DNA of 61,177 bases, filler included, from Hausera hauseri (GCA_046269625.1; 9 parts of 9 records of this genome joined end to end with filler, not necessarily neighbours in it); one strand, 5' to 3'; positions 10,868 through 24,299 are shown, numbered from the whole stretch's first letter. Notes: generated by a model not told the origin, from the sequence alone. Program-made: numbers and translations.

Positions 10868-13800
10868 ACAAATCTATAAGCGAGGCAGTACGTGGTGATA
10901 TGGCAATATTGTTCATTATTTCCAAAATCACTTCAACGAATGGTGAGTTTTTAATTGCTCTCCTCAAATAATTGATTAATTATAAATGTGCAAACTTTAC
11001 AGTGAATGTTTGGCTCAAATCCACGAGCCGGAAAATTGCCACAGTTTTATGAAGAAGTACTTTGGCCATATGTACAACAGGGTTCAGTATTATATATGCC
11101 CTACATGTGAGGTAGTGTGTTAAACCAATTATGAAGATTTTTACAATGTCCATAAATAGCACTTGATTTTTTTCACAAAGTCGAAAAACAAATTTTCAGT
11201 ACCAATATGCCAATAACGACTTTCGTGCCAAAGGAAAATCAAAGATGCAATTCATATGTGTATTGCACATGTGCAATACACAACCTTCAGAATTAGCACA
11301 ATAAAATAAGGACCTATTATGGACACAAATTCAATAGGATTATCTATTATATCTGCCCAGGATGTTAGGCCGTATGTGATAGAAAATACATACAGTTTCA
11401 TAAAGATCACAAACATCATTTGACTCACTTCTATTCAAAGTCAAAGAAGATCATTTTAATGAACATAAGCCAGTTGCAGCAGCACAGAATGCAGTATCAC
11501 ACGCAGTATATGCACATGCAGGACTAAAACGCGCATCTGACACATTAGGCGCATCAGGCCCATCAGGCGCATCAGGCCCAGCGGCCCCACAACAAAGCCA
11601 AAGACAGCGGTCAGTTAATTCTGCAGCATTAAAGAGAAAAGTCCGCAAATAAGTCATTCATGTAGCTGGTCAAACAACCATCAAGGAATTCCTGGAGTAC
11701 GAAGAGGAAGAAACAAGAGGGATCCTCCAGGACAACATAGCTGAGCTCAAGGCCCTCAAGGCCTAAGTCAATGTTGATGGCGCAGAGTCCAAAAGTGCCT
11801 TCAAGACCAGAAATAGACCCATATTGGAAAACACCAGTATAGCAGAATGGATGCACAAGGCCCACGGGAAGCTGATCCACGAGGCTGAGAAGAGCCAGAA
11901 TAAGAAGTGTGGATGGACTCTGGCAACCATCAAGAGATTGCTTGTGTATGTTCACAATTACTGTCCTATGCGGGTTAGTTCATATATTCAGCTTCCGGAA
12001 TAAATCGGCAATACAAAAGCATGCATCAATGTCCTTAATAATGACAGCAAGTGTTTCATGTATGGCATTTTACCTAAACTCGTAGGGGATTAAAACATGC
12101 AGCAGATCGAGTTTGACTATGTAATGATCTGCAGTACAACTATGGCTTCCAACGTATCACATTCCCGCCATCCATAGATGAAGTCAATTAGTTCAGTCGA
12201 ATCAACATTATATCCATAAACATCATTGGATTGGATGATGAAGACAAATTCTGTCGCCTGCAGATATGTGATGCTGAATTGGAAGATCATAGGGATCTGC
12301 TCCTACTAGGCGATGGAGAAAAGAAACATTACGTATAGATAAAGAATTTTGAACGTCTAGTAATATCCAAAATTACGAATCACCATGGAAAATTTGAGAT
12401 CTGTAAGCGATGCCTGTCTCGTTTTAGCGGTGATATTGCAGTGGACAGGCTTACAGAGCATAAGATGTTCTGCAGCATCAATTACTGTATCAGTTTAGAA
12501 TTCCCCAAGTAGAACTATATTAAATTCAAGGAGTTCGAGAAGAAGCTCAAGGTCCAAATTGTCGTCTATTGCGACTTTGAAGCTATTCTCAGACCAATTC
12601 AGAGTTGCAACCCCAGTGCCCAACATAGCAAAGCAACAGCTTACCAATATCATGAACTCTCATCGTATTGCATGTACGCCAAAGGACTGGACAGTGAAAC
12701 ATATCTATTTAGAGGCCCAGGTGCAGCAGTACATTTCATGAAGAGACATGAAGACATGGCTCATAAGCTTGAAAACATGCTTCGACAGCATAACGATAAT
12801 ATGAGCATGTCGTGGAAACAAGAAGAAGAATGGCGCAATGTCGCAACATGTTACTTATGCGACAATTCCTTTACCAAGGAAAATCATAAAGTCAAGGATC
12901 ACTGCGATTTTACAGGTGCATATCGACGGTCAGCATGCAACAACTTCAATCTGCGTTGCAAAACATGCACATATGTGTCTGTAGTGTTTCACAATTTCAG
13001 TAGCTATGATACCCACTTCATTGTTCGGGAACTGGGAAAAATTAAAGGAAACATTGATGTGATCCCTAATAGTGAGGAAAAATACATCACATTTGGGAGC
13101 ATGTTGGGAAAATCAGACTTCGCTTCATAGACAACTTTTGTTTCATGTCATCTTTACTGGTCAGTTTGGTGAAGAACCTCCCTGCAGAAGAACTCAAGGA
13201 GACGAAGCGGTCCTTTCTTACTGCATTTGACCTACTAAATAGGAAAGACATGTTTTCCTATGACTACATAACTTCATGGAAAACATTGGATGAGACGTCA
13301 CTGCCGGACAAGAAGGACTTTTACAATATCCTCTCTGATTCGATATAAGTGATGCTGATTACCATCATCCTCAGAAAGTCTGGCGTGCATTCCAATGCCG
13401 AGAAATGGGGGAATACAGTGATATTTACCTCATTACGCTCGTGCTTCCTCTGACAGATGTCTTTAAGAGTTTCAGGGATGTTACAATGAAAAGCCATGCT
13501 TTAGATCCGGCTCATTTCTTTACGGCTCCATGGATAAGTTGGGAAGCAATGCTGCGTTATACTGATATTAGGCTGCAGATCATTAAGGATTACGACATGA
13601 TCCTTATGATCGAGAGAGGCATTATAGGCGGAATATGCCAGGCCAATAATAGGTATAATGACGCCAATAACAAGTTTATAGTCGAATACGACTCAACAAA
13701 GGAATCCTCATATATATCATACCTGAATGCCAACAACTTGTATGGATGGACAATGAGCGCCCCATTGCCACAAGGTAACTTCAAATGGGTCAGGAATCCT

Positions 13801-14898
13801 GAAAACATCCCTATATTGGACCTGAATCCCACTGGAGATACGGGACACATACTGGAGGTAGAAATGGAATATCCGGCGTCTATCTACATAAAGCATTAAC
13901 AGCTGCCTTTCTTCCCTGAGAGCAGGCCTCCACCCCATGGAAAGCAAAGAAAGCTGATCTGTCATCTGGGTAATAGGGAGAGGTATGTAGTTCACTACAC
14001 CAATCTCCAGCAGGCAGTTAGACATGGACTTCGTATTTCTAAGATGCATACAGCCCTGCAGTATTGAATGATGCATAGATCTCAATACGAAGCTGTGGTC
14101 TAATGCCAAGAACGACTTTGACGGAGATCAATTCAAACTATATAACAACATTGTTTTTGGCAAGACCATTGATAATATCCGTAACAGGATCAACATTGGG
14201 CTAGTATGTAACTGGAAGCGGGCAAAGAAGCTTATTGACAAGCCTATTTTCCATAGCAGCACCATATGTACTGAGAACTTGGTAGGATTCCCTATGCTGA
14301 AAACAGCATTGGTATTCAACAAGCCCATATATGTGGGTATTGCAATTCTCGACTTGTCAAAGACCCTAATGTATAAATTTCATTAAGACACCATGGTCCC
14401 CACATTCAAGTCCATGCAGCTGATGTATATGGATACTGATAGTTTTATCCATCAGATCCGTACAGATGATATTTATAAGGACTTTGCCCAGTTGGCTCAA
14501 CACATGGATACGTCTGACTATCCAAAGGATCATCCCAACTATTCAATTGCAACAAGAAAGTCCTAGAGAAATTCAAAGACGAGGTGAATGGAGCAATTAT
14601 TTCGAAATTTGTAGCTCTTAGGTCCAAAATGTATGCAACTGACGTACGTGGCCATATCAAAAAAGGAGTCAAGGGCGTTCAAAGGGCTACATTGGCCAAG
14701 AAGATCAGTTTTGAGGACTATGCGAGAGTTCTGCAGGAGCAAACTCACATCACATAGGAAATGAGAAGGATCCTATCTAGGAATCATAACATCCAAACAG
14801 TAACACTGCATAAGAAAAGCCTAGATTGGATAGATGACAAGAAGCAGATCCTGAACTCTGGAATCCATACACTACCTCACGGAAATGTGGCATTGTAA
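10868..14898 (+). pseudogene. Polinton/Maverick (adintovirus-like) protein-primed DNA polymerase B, with many stops and frameshifts; 5' boundary approximate
   Basis: GWTL..SSYIQLP..KACINV; endoVII-like KVKDHCDFTGAYR; ExoII FHNFSSYDTHFI; ERGIIGG; YLNANNLYGWTMS; KLYNNIVFGKT; YMDTDS (14426-14443); FVALRSKMY; KGV. TAA at 14896, AATAAA at about 14928. Confidence 0.9.
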
Positions 14899-15048
14899 AT
14901 ATTGTTATTCATTGTTATTCTTTGTTTAATAAATATTGTATAGAAATATCGTGTTGTTTTCTTGATCAAGTAACGTGGGTTATAGGATAAGGCCAAGTGA
15001 AACTAAGGAACTAATATACAGGTTAAGATCAACTAATTTCATAATACA

Positions 15049-15566
15049 TTTATTTAGTAATAATATAACTTTGACATAACTATAAACACTTTTATAAGCA
15101 CAATGTGAACCATATTCACGGTAAATACATGTAATGATTCTTAGTATAGCTACCAATTTGTTACATTCATATGCACATATTCGAAATTCTGGAAATTTGC
15201 TATTAAATATCTTCTTCTTTCGCCAATCAGCATGATCTTTGACGTAAAACATGGATTCATTTATATCACACATATTCCCAATATCTCGCATAAGCAATCT
15301 TTGCAAAACTGGGTATTATATTCTTTCTACGTCAGGTTATGATGGTGTTTTTCCAAATAAATTTTGTTGTTTGAACCTTGTTTGTACAACAATATATTGT
15401 AGACCTAAAATAGCATACATCACATGTACTATACTAAAATTAACTTACGCAAATACATAGTGTAGTGGCTGAAACATATTATCCACTGGCATTATACATA
15501 GCTCTTTATGATGTACCCGTTATTATTCTCCACCAATTCCTCCCAGTCAATAAATAAAAAAGACAT
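15049..15566 (-). pseudogene. Small DEDD/DnaQ-like Polinton accessory gene, decayed, with a probable 44-bp intron (15448-15405)
   Basis: Frameshift-corrected translation MSFLFIDWEELVENNNGYIIKELCIMPVDNMFQPLHYVF...YLEKHHHNLT*...FYVKD...CIYREYGSHCAYK. Convergent with pPolB and homologous to 28435-28569. Confidence 0.55.
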
Positions 15567-15587
15567 TATTTCAACAAAACATTTCTT

Positions 15588-15687
15588 NNNNNNNNNNNNN
15601 NNNNNNNNNNNNNNNNNNNNNNNNNNNNNNNTTAATTAATTAANNNNNNNNNNNNNNNNNNNNNNNNNNNNNNNNNNNNNNNNNNNN
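15588..15687. other. Artificial contig linker
   Basis: N44-TTAATTAATTAA-N44. Confidence 0.97.
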
Positions 15688-18329
15688 CTATGAATTTCTT
15701 TTGGAGTCGCTGCACACCATTTGGATTTAGAGACGTTGCGGTGAAGAGCCAAATAACCGCTGACGTTGTGGAGTGCAAACATTGTGTTTCCAGGTTTTTA
15801 TTTATTGTTGGCACTCACGAAGACAATATTGTAATTGATTTTTGTAACGTTCTCATTCCAGCTGTGACAACATTGAAGATATCAACATTGGTTCCCAAAT
15901 GGAGTCCTGAATCAGGACGTATTCTTGCAAAAGTTAAAAACAGAATTTTACCGGTTTTAGTTCTTTGTAGAAGTGACTTACTGATAATCAAAAAGTCTTT
16001 TAAAAAGATTCGTAAAGCAGGTGTTCCCCTAGGTTTAGAGGGTACAATAAAAATTCAAAATTATTTCTATGCTGTATTTTCTTAGTCTCGAGAAGAGTGT
16101 ACCTCATTAAGTTGTTATAAAAGATTTGTCTGTATCCCAATTTTATTTTTCCCTCACAACAAAATACAGACCCAAACGGCCTTTCCTTCCCGGGAAGAAT
16201 CGAAAGAACAATTTGTAATTTACGAACTGGAACTGCAAATCTTGGATTATTCGACACTGACCGATGATGGTGTGCTCTTCACTACAGCCCCTTTTATCAA
16301 TGAAAGTAATTTGCTACCGTTTACCGCGAGTAAAAAAGAAAACAATTCGCGCATTTCGACATTGGCGGTCCATATTTTTAACTAGCGCGGGTTTTCTACT
16401 TACATTCACATGAAATTTTATTGGAGTTTTGGAACTACTCTGATGAACCAACATCAATACGTGATAAAATCTACCATAGAATTGCGACCATACGAAGCTT
16501 TTGTACCAAGCCTATATCGACTGATATCGATCGAAAATGTAAAATCAAACATAAAATACCCCCCTACAACGTTGATAATCAAATTACCCCATGGCACAAT
16601 TAATAAACAGTCACTCTCCCCTAGTAAATTTAAACGCTTAATAGCAAAAGAACCAAATAAAGTGCCAACAAATTTTCACCGTGTATATTTTCATGTGGCT
16701 ACAAGCGACCATCATCATAGCATATTAAAGACAACCTAGAAACAGAACCACAAGTTTTCTCCTGTATGGCTGAATGGAAGTAATGCCCAGAAATTGTTTC
16801 GAATTGTAGATCAAAGCCACTTAACACCCGTTCAACTTAAAATTAATACAGCATCAATGAAACACTATCGACTTATGGTGAGACATGAGAAACGAGCTGC
16901 CTTTCGTTCAGAAGTTATATTTTTTCCAAGGGACACGTCTCCAACCCAACCTAGACTTTTATGTACAAATCGCACAATTTATCACAATGACTTTAAATAG
17001 CGGTATATCAAAAGTTTCGTCGACTTTGATTAATGTTCACAGTAGTTTTAGTTGCTCGTTCGTTCATAATTTCAAAACCTGTATTTTCTGCGACCTTTAA
17101 GCTTTATTGTACTTATTGCAAGTCATGATTATTTGATAAAACCTCTAAATTTTGTCTCAAAGTTTGTCATATCTTTCTTTTTGTCCAGTATTAATAATGA
17201 TGCCAGTTTGGATGACGTTTTCAACTATTCATAAATCAGTATGCCGTAACTTTAGGACTTCTTACAATTCGCCCTACACGATTCTATTCCGACATTAAAA
17301 AACTGGTGTATTCAGTGAATTTTATGACAAATTCATAATCCGATTTTGCATTTCAATCATTTTTCAATCTCTTGGACACAAGGATACCCGAATGACAATT
17401 CATATACTCAATTAAGTTGACAACAACCCGGAACAACTTGTTAAATTTATCAGTCGAACACTGAATGATATACTTTGTCCACTTGATAAACCAACTACCA
17501 CTTTGAAAAGAATGCGCACTAATCAAGATGAAAGAGAACGACGCTAATCAAGTAAAAGCAAAAACAAATAACCAACAGTTTAGAATACGATTTGATTTTG
17601 AACATTCGCAATCCACTAAACGTATTCACACATACAAAACACCCAATCAGCCCAAAATGAAAAATGTAACAGGTGAATTAAAACGACGACCGACCGAGGT
17701 TATAATTCAGTACGCAGACCATAGAAATCGTCTCAAGACATTGAAGAGGAAAAGTTCAAATAATATGACCATGTAGCATCCACACGATCTGCTGAAAATA
17801 CTTTACCAATTATCCGTAAAATCTAAATGAACTTCGTACTGCATCAGCAGCAGTAGAATCCATTTTAACATATCCCTAGACGCCGGTAGCCGGAAAATTA
17901 GCTTCCACAATGAACAAGAATGTAACAAAGCTGTCTTTCACCAAATCATTCTAGAATCATCAAATAAAACTGTCAGTGATATGTCTATTAATTTTTCTAT
18001 TGCTTGCGGAGTCGCTGTAAACCCTTTTTGCCAAATCGGTAAAGTTAGAAGTCTAAAAATAGATGGTGTAATTTCCAAGAGTAGTACGGAATCTCATTAT
18101 AGCATAAACATTCCAGTTGTTATTGTGTCACCGTTATGGCATATATATAACACATAAATACAATCCTTCAAATAAATACACTAATTTGGCTCTAATTCAG
18201 AATGGATTAATAACTCAACAGACACAGAACAATGTATCAACTGAAAACAGTATATTAGCCTCTATAACAGAGTCGAATATCGAAAGTAAAAAAAATTGCA
18301 CAAAACATGAAACAGAAAGCACTTACGAT

Positions 18330-21300
18330 TGCCGTTGTTTCTCCGGTCGAGCTCACTGAATGGGCTGTCGTCACCCCGGAATTTGTGGTCCGTCGCGATG
18401 AGATTATTCTTCCGGTCGCCAGCTTTAGGCTTGTAGGTCGGGCGGCATCGGTCCCGGGGTCTTGCGACGCACTCCTGGCTATACAGCCACACCATTTTCC
18501 CTTTTCTTTTTTCTAAATAATGAACATGTCTACACAATTAAAACATCGCACATAAACACTATAGTCATGTACAACACCATCTGTACTTTTATCTGTTCAT
18601 CCGACTTTTATATCACACACAACGGCTCTAATATACCTCTTGAACTCTAAATCTTTTCTCCACTCCATATCTGCCTTCATGTGCACTTCGCATCCGTGAC
18701 AGCATGAATTCGTCTTCAACAATAGATACCACTGACAAATTTACTAGTAAACCAGTACCTATTACTTATCTTACAAAACCAACAACTGGCATAACATCCT
18801 CCAATGCCATCACTCTTACTAGCACTCTTCCTTCAACTTTCAACATACCTTCAGCATCTTCTCAATGCACCTAATTTTTTACTGACAACTAAGGTTCCAT
18901 TAGAACATGGTTACAGTTCCACCAACTTTGACTGCAATCTTCTGGCATTACCGAGTATCTGGCTAAGGACAACAGCCTTCTCTTTCTTTTACCTGGCAAC
19001 ATCAAAATGCATATACATAACCTACTGGAGATTTTCCAACACGCTGATCCATATACACAGTTGTGCAATGCAATTTTCAAACTCACCGAACCGTCCATAG
19101 ATAAAATAATCCAACATTTCTTCAATGATAACTCTTTGGGCACCCAAACACCATCCGATTTTCTTCCTGCCCCATTGAATCACTTGAAAACTTTGGGTAT
19201 CACCACGCAGCACAACCCTGATCTTTTGAGAAGTTATTTCCTTAATGCTTTACTCAGTCAAATTAGGGCCCTGCTTATCGTCATCGAGAAATCGACAGCA
19301 GTGGATAAACTAGCCGAGCTTGCTGATAAAATTTATGAGATTTTACACCTAAACACACAAACTGTTATTTCTGCAGCGGCTACATCAAAGGACATCACAT
19401 TAGAACACCAAATACAACAGTTGCGAGCCGAAAACGCGATCCTACATACTAAAATTAATAATATTGACGATATATTAAATGAAATTTCTATGACTCAACA
19501 AAAGGTTTCTGCCACCGATTGCAACCGCTCAGTACCCAGTGGCTGGTGGTCTTGGCCTGCACGATCGTTGATCTGTTTTTACAATGATAAATTTGTTCAT
19601 AAAGCACAAAAATGTCATCTTGGGTGCAGATTTTACACCAAAAAGTATCACAATAGCAACGCTATTTGCCTCTATCATGCAAAATTTAAGAGCGATGCAC
19701 GTAAGTGTATCCCTGGCTGTGCCTTTAGAAGCAGTACACAGCATATGAACGACGGGCATGCTATTTTGTTTTATAAAATCCGTCCAAGTTCGCCTCTGAC
19801 AAATAACTAACTTCGCCGCCAGAGCTTACGGCGAATCCTGGCGAAGGCCACTCTCCACTTTCTACCAGCCGAAAACTTTCATTTGCCGTATTTACAGTAA
19901 AAGCATTAACTACGATACCAACAACTCGTCACATAGATCTACTCGTCGATACAGGTGCAGCGATTTCTTTACTCCCGCTCATCTTTCCAGTTCACCATGC
20001 TTCATTCAAAAATAAACCTCTTTTTATAGTTTTCGGACGACCGCTGCGCGGTTCCGATACATCTAGGCTTTCTTTTACCCTTCTAAAATTTACTTCAAAG
20101 TTTCACTAGACGTTTACCGTTGCAAATGTCCAGACAGCAATTTTATGGCTCGACTTTCTATCACACGATAACCTCCTTGTTAATTGCAAACAACGTTGTT
20201 TAACAAGTGGATGCAAAAAGAGCAAATCGTTCACGTTGATACCATTTCGACTGTCGTGCAGGTGAATGCCACTCGAAAACCGATATTAAAAAAACTGTTG
20301 AACAAGCCATTTATTTGAACTAATGGTAATTTGTTTTATAAATTATTGAAAAACAACATAGATGACGATCCGATATTGAACAACAATGAGCGTGATTTTG
20401 TCCCCCCTGCCAAAGCACTAGATAAAACCACAATCTACAATACCATCTTCAATACTACCATCCTACATCGACCACCAAATAAAGCCCAAATTGCAACAGT
20501 TGCTGATAAAACCGCCTCGCTTCCACAAAGCCTGTCACGATCGCCTGCAAGTGTGCAGCAATTCATTAACGTATCTTATACTCGAATAATTCAAAAAACG
20601 GGTCTTTTGCACTAGCAACTACCACTTTCACCACATTGTAACACAACATCAAAGACCTGTCCACCAAAAGTGCGTCCATTATCTCCTCGTCGTAGACAAG
20701 CCGTTGAAGACGAATTTCTAGATCTCAAACGTTTTGGCATAGTACGTCGCTCCAAATCCCCATGGTCATCGTCTTTGCATGTCGTGCAAAAAGGACGGAA
20801 CTTTTAGGCCATGTGGTGATTATCATCAGTTGAATACTTTGACCATAATGGATACATACCCGCTGCCACTCATTAAGGGTATCTTCTACCTTCTCCATTC
20901 CACCATAATTTATTCTACCATTGATTAACCAAGGCCTACCACCAAATTCCTATAGAACCTGAGGTTATCGAAAAAATAGTCGTTACTACTCCTTTTGGCC
21001 TTTGTAAATAATTATGTATGCCTTTCGGCGTACGGAACGTTGCGCAAACCTTTCAACGCCACATCGATGCTATTCTTTCTGATTTTCCATATGCTCATCC
21101 TTATATTGATGACATTTTAGATGTTCCTTCTTCAACTAAACTATACGAGGAACACCTCATATCAATCTTTACGCATTTACACCTGCATAATCTGCAGATT
21201 AATTTTGCCAAATGTCACTTTTCCAGAAGCGTATAAATTTCCTTGGGTTACATTATTTCTTTCGAAGATCTCCCGCCTCAGTCAGATCGAGTTGAAGACC

Positions 21301-22682
21301 TAAAAAACGTGCAGCAACCCCGAACAACAGCAGAAATGAGGAGCTTTTTGGGCACTTTATACATCGTTCACAAATATGTTCTGTACTTCTGTGAACTAAC
21401 GGCACCATTTGCTCACCTCAGTGGAGGTAAAAAGCACTAGCCAATACTGTGGACATCTAAACTAGTAGATAAATTCGACAAGCTAAGAGAAGATTAAAAA
21501 CCGTTGAAATATTAGCTTTCCCCAATCCTAATACCCAGTTGATCTTCACTACAGATGCATCGATCACCGCCATAAGCTCCGTACTTCATCAAATCCATAA
21601 AGGAAAAAACCAGCCTTTGGAGTTATTTTCACGTAAGTTAACACTTCCTGAAACTAAGTAATCAACTTTCGATTGAGAGCTATAGGCCATATTTCTCGCA
21701 TTAAAACATTTCTCCCGCCTACTTTCTGCTCGCCACTTTACCATACAGACCAACCACAAGCCTTTAATCAATGTAATGACAATAAAACACCCATCATTTC
21801 GGCAGGAACGACAGATCTCCTACTTGTCGACGTTCAGTTTCGAGGCCAAACACATTAACGGTGTAAATAATTTATTGGCTGACTTCCTATCAAAGCCAGT
21901 TAGCTCAATTAACTTTAAGCCCATTTTCACATAATATCAGCTGCAAGAAAACAAGCCATCTTCAGACATGGTTAAATCTTTTAGATCTTGCAAAATCATT
22001 GACGGCGTGTCATTAGACACGTCCAAATCAGGACAGTCTAAAATAATTCTACCTCCTGCTTTGCAAAAACACGCATTTAACAGCGTTCATTCACTACATT
22101 ATCTTGGTGCCAAGTCCACTTTCCGCTTACTTCACCAACAGGTCGTTTGGCCGCCAAACCGCGTGCGTTAAGGAGTGTGTGGCTTCCCGGAAATTGAAAA
22201 CCTTCAAGCATGTGAAGCCACCACTATATCATTTCCCTTGCATATCGCGTTTCCAGTCCGTGCATATGGACCTTGTTGGCTGTCTTACTCCAGACAGCGG
22301 TCATCAATTTGCTTGACCATGATGGACCGTTCCTGATGATGGACTGAAGCTGTCCCTTTGTAGAGCACTAACACGGACACAATAACCGACGTTTTCATAC
22401 ACACGTGGATCAGCAGATTTGGACCTCCTAGATTCATCATCAGGGATCAAGTTCCTCAGTGCGAATCCAACCTGTTCAAATCGCTCGCTAACCGATTGGG
22501 GATCAGCCACACATACACAACAGTCTATCATCCCCAACTGAATGGCCTTCTTGAGAGATTTCATAGAACACGGCAAACGTCGGTACGAATCCTCGCTGAA
22601 TCCAACAGTAGTTGGACAAGCTTTCTTCCGTTATTTCTGCTTGGCTGACGGAACACTCCGTCCACTTCTACAGGATGCTCAC
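18330..22682 (+). mobile_element. Decayed Ty3/Gypsy LTR retrotransposon, CsRn1-like (gag about 18704-19810, pol about 19930-22682), truncated by the contig end
   Basis: Gag CHCC fingers CFYNDKFVHKAQKCHLGC and CLYHAKFKSDARKCIPGC; protease LVDTGA; RT SKSPWSSSLHVV, MPFGVRN, YIDD; RNase H TTDAS; integrase VHMDLVG and YHPQLNGLLERFHR. Confidence 0.92.
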
Positions 22683-22782
22683 NNNNNNNNNNNNNNNNNN
22701 NNNNNNNNNNNNNNNNNNNNNNNNNNTTAATTAATTAANNNNNNNNNNNNNNNNNNNNNNNNNNNNNNNNNNNNNNNNNNNN
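22683..22782. other. Artificial contig linker
   Basis: N44-TTAATTAATTAA-N44. Confidence 0.97.
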
Positions 22783-22881
22783 TAACAAGTTGTACCAGTC
22801 GTTCGATGCCTTGTGTATGACATGTATATTGAAGAAATTAGGTTGGTTTTGTTTTGAACTGAGGTAATGATTCATCACTTG

Positions 22882-24203
22882 CAGTACTGGAAAAATTAAT
22901 TTGTCTACAACCATTTTACTTAGTAAATTTCATTAAACTGAAATGAATCTAAGTAAAGTGCACAAAATATTGATTTTTCTGTGCTAGTAATAGATTATTT
23001 GTGTTCAAGTGTTGTAGTTTTTGTTATTCTTGCTATGCTTGTGACAAATGGACACTTCTGTTGGAAAACTATCTGAAATCAAAGCATTACATCAATTTTG
23101 ATGGACTGGATGTGACATTTCCAGACGGTTGTCTGTTCCCAAAGCAACAGTGACAAGGTTAATAGCCAAATTCAAAAATAAAGGCACAATCGTTTCAGGT
23201 AGAAGAGCGACATGTGGTCGTAAGGAAAAACTCAGTGGGCGTGACGAAATAATAATAACGAGGAAAAGCAAAATGAATCCACATTTGGCTTCCACCTAGT
23301 CGCCCCAAAGTTACAACAAGAACAATACGCAATATTTTGCGCTAAAATAACCGACCAGCTAGACGTACTGTCAGAAAGCAGCTGTTAACTCGAACGCATA
23401 TCAGCAAACGAAAAAATTGGGCCACGGAATATTCAACATTTTAGCATTGGAGACAAGCCATCTTCACTGATGAAACCTGTACTGAATTGTCAGCTAGTGC
23501 CCCACATTTTGTCAGAAGGTTCCTGGGTGAAAAACTAACCACTATCCATATGTTTCAAACAATTAAACACCCTTTAAAAGTTGTTTTTGGGGCTGCATTT
23601 GGAGGCAGGACCTGGGACGAATTCATACGTGTTAAAGGTCCATAAATTTGGACCTTTATTGCAACGTTATTAGGTATAGAATAGTTCCGAAAGCTGAAGA
23701 TTGGTTTTGTAATGGTGATTCATGGTATCTACGGCAAGATGGCGCACCATGCCATGTATCAGAGGTTTCCATGGAGTTGTTTCGGGATTTGCGTATCAAT
23801 GTTATCAAATGGACGAGTTCATCATCCGATATGAACCCGATAGAAAATGTATGGGCCGTGTTAAAAAGCAAAGTTGCTCAAGTGAAACCCTCTACTAAGC
23901 AACAACTGATCGCTGACGCCATAGAAGTTTAGAATTATGATGCCCCTATAAAAAATTTGTGCAAAAAACTTGTGGATGGAATGCCTGATCGTATTGAGCA
24001 ACTTAGGATCAACCAAGGTGGTCATACCAAGTATTAGAGTAAGCGATTCCTGTTACATCATTTAACTGAAAACAATTTGTGAAAATGTAATAGCTTGAAT
24101 TGTAAATAATGATAATGAGTTTTTTCTTTAATTCAAAAAACCTTGTGTTTCAATTACTTTTTTGTTCAAAATGGTTGTGGCTCAATTAATTTTCGCAGTA
24201 CTG
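22882..24203 (+). mobile_element. Full-length decayed Tc1-family (DD34E) transposon; transposase pseudogene 23048-24037
   Basis: TIR CAGTACTGGAAAAATTAATTTGTCTACAACCATTTT matches the reverse complement of the right end; TA on the right flank. Motifs IFTDET, QDGAPCH-34 aa-NPIENVW and GGHTKY*. Confidence 0.92.
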
Positions 24204-24299
24204 TATATCTTGCTTCAGTGGAGCTTCAGTTACAGTTGTTTTTTTTCCAATCAATGAGGATGTATATCTGTAGCTGAAAAATTGATTTGCGGAATTGTA

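Noticed and set aside
11629-14748. Alternative genetic code explaining the many in-frame stops
   Set aside because: Stops replace different expected residues (W and Y here, E in the contig I pol) and co-occur with frameshifts, which is ordinary pseudogene decay.
8685-14898. Rep and pPolB as one hybrid element
   Set aside because: They are separated by an artificial linker at 10399-10498.
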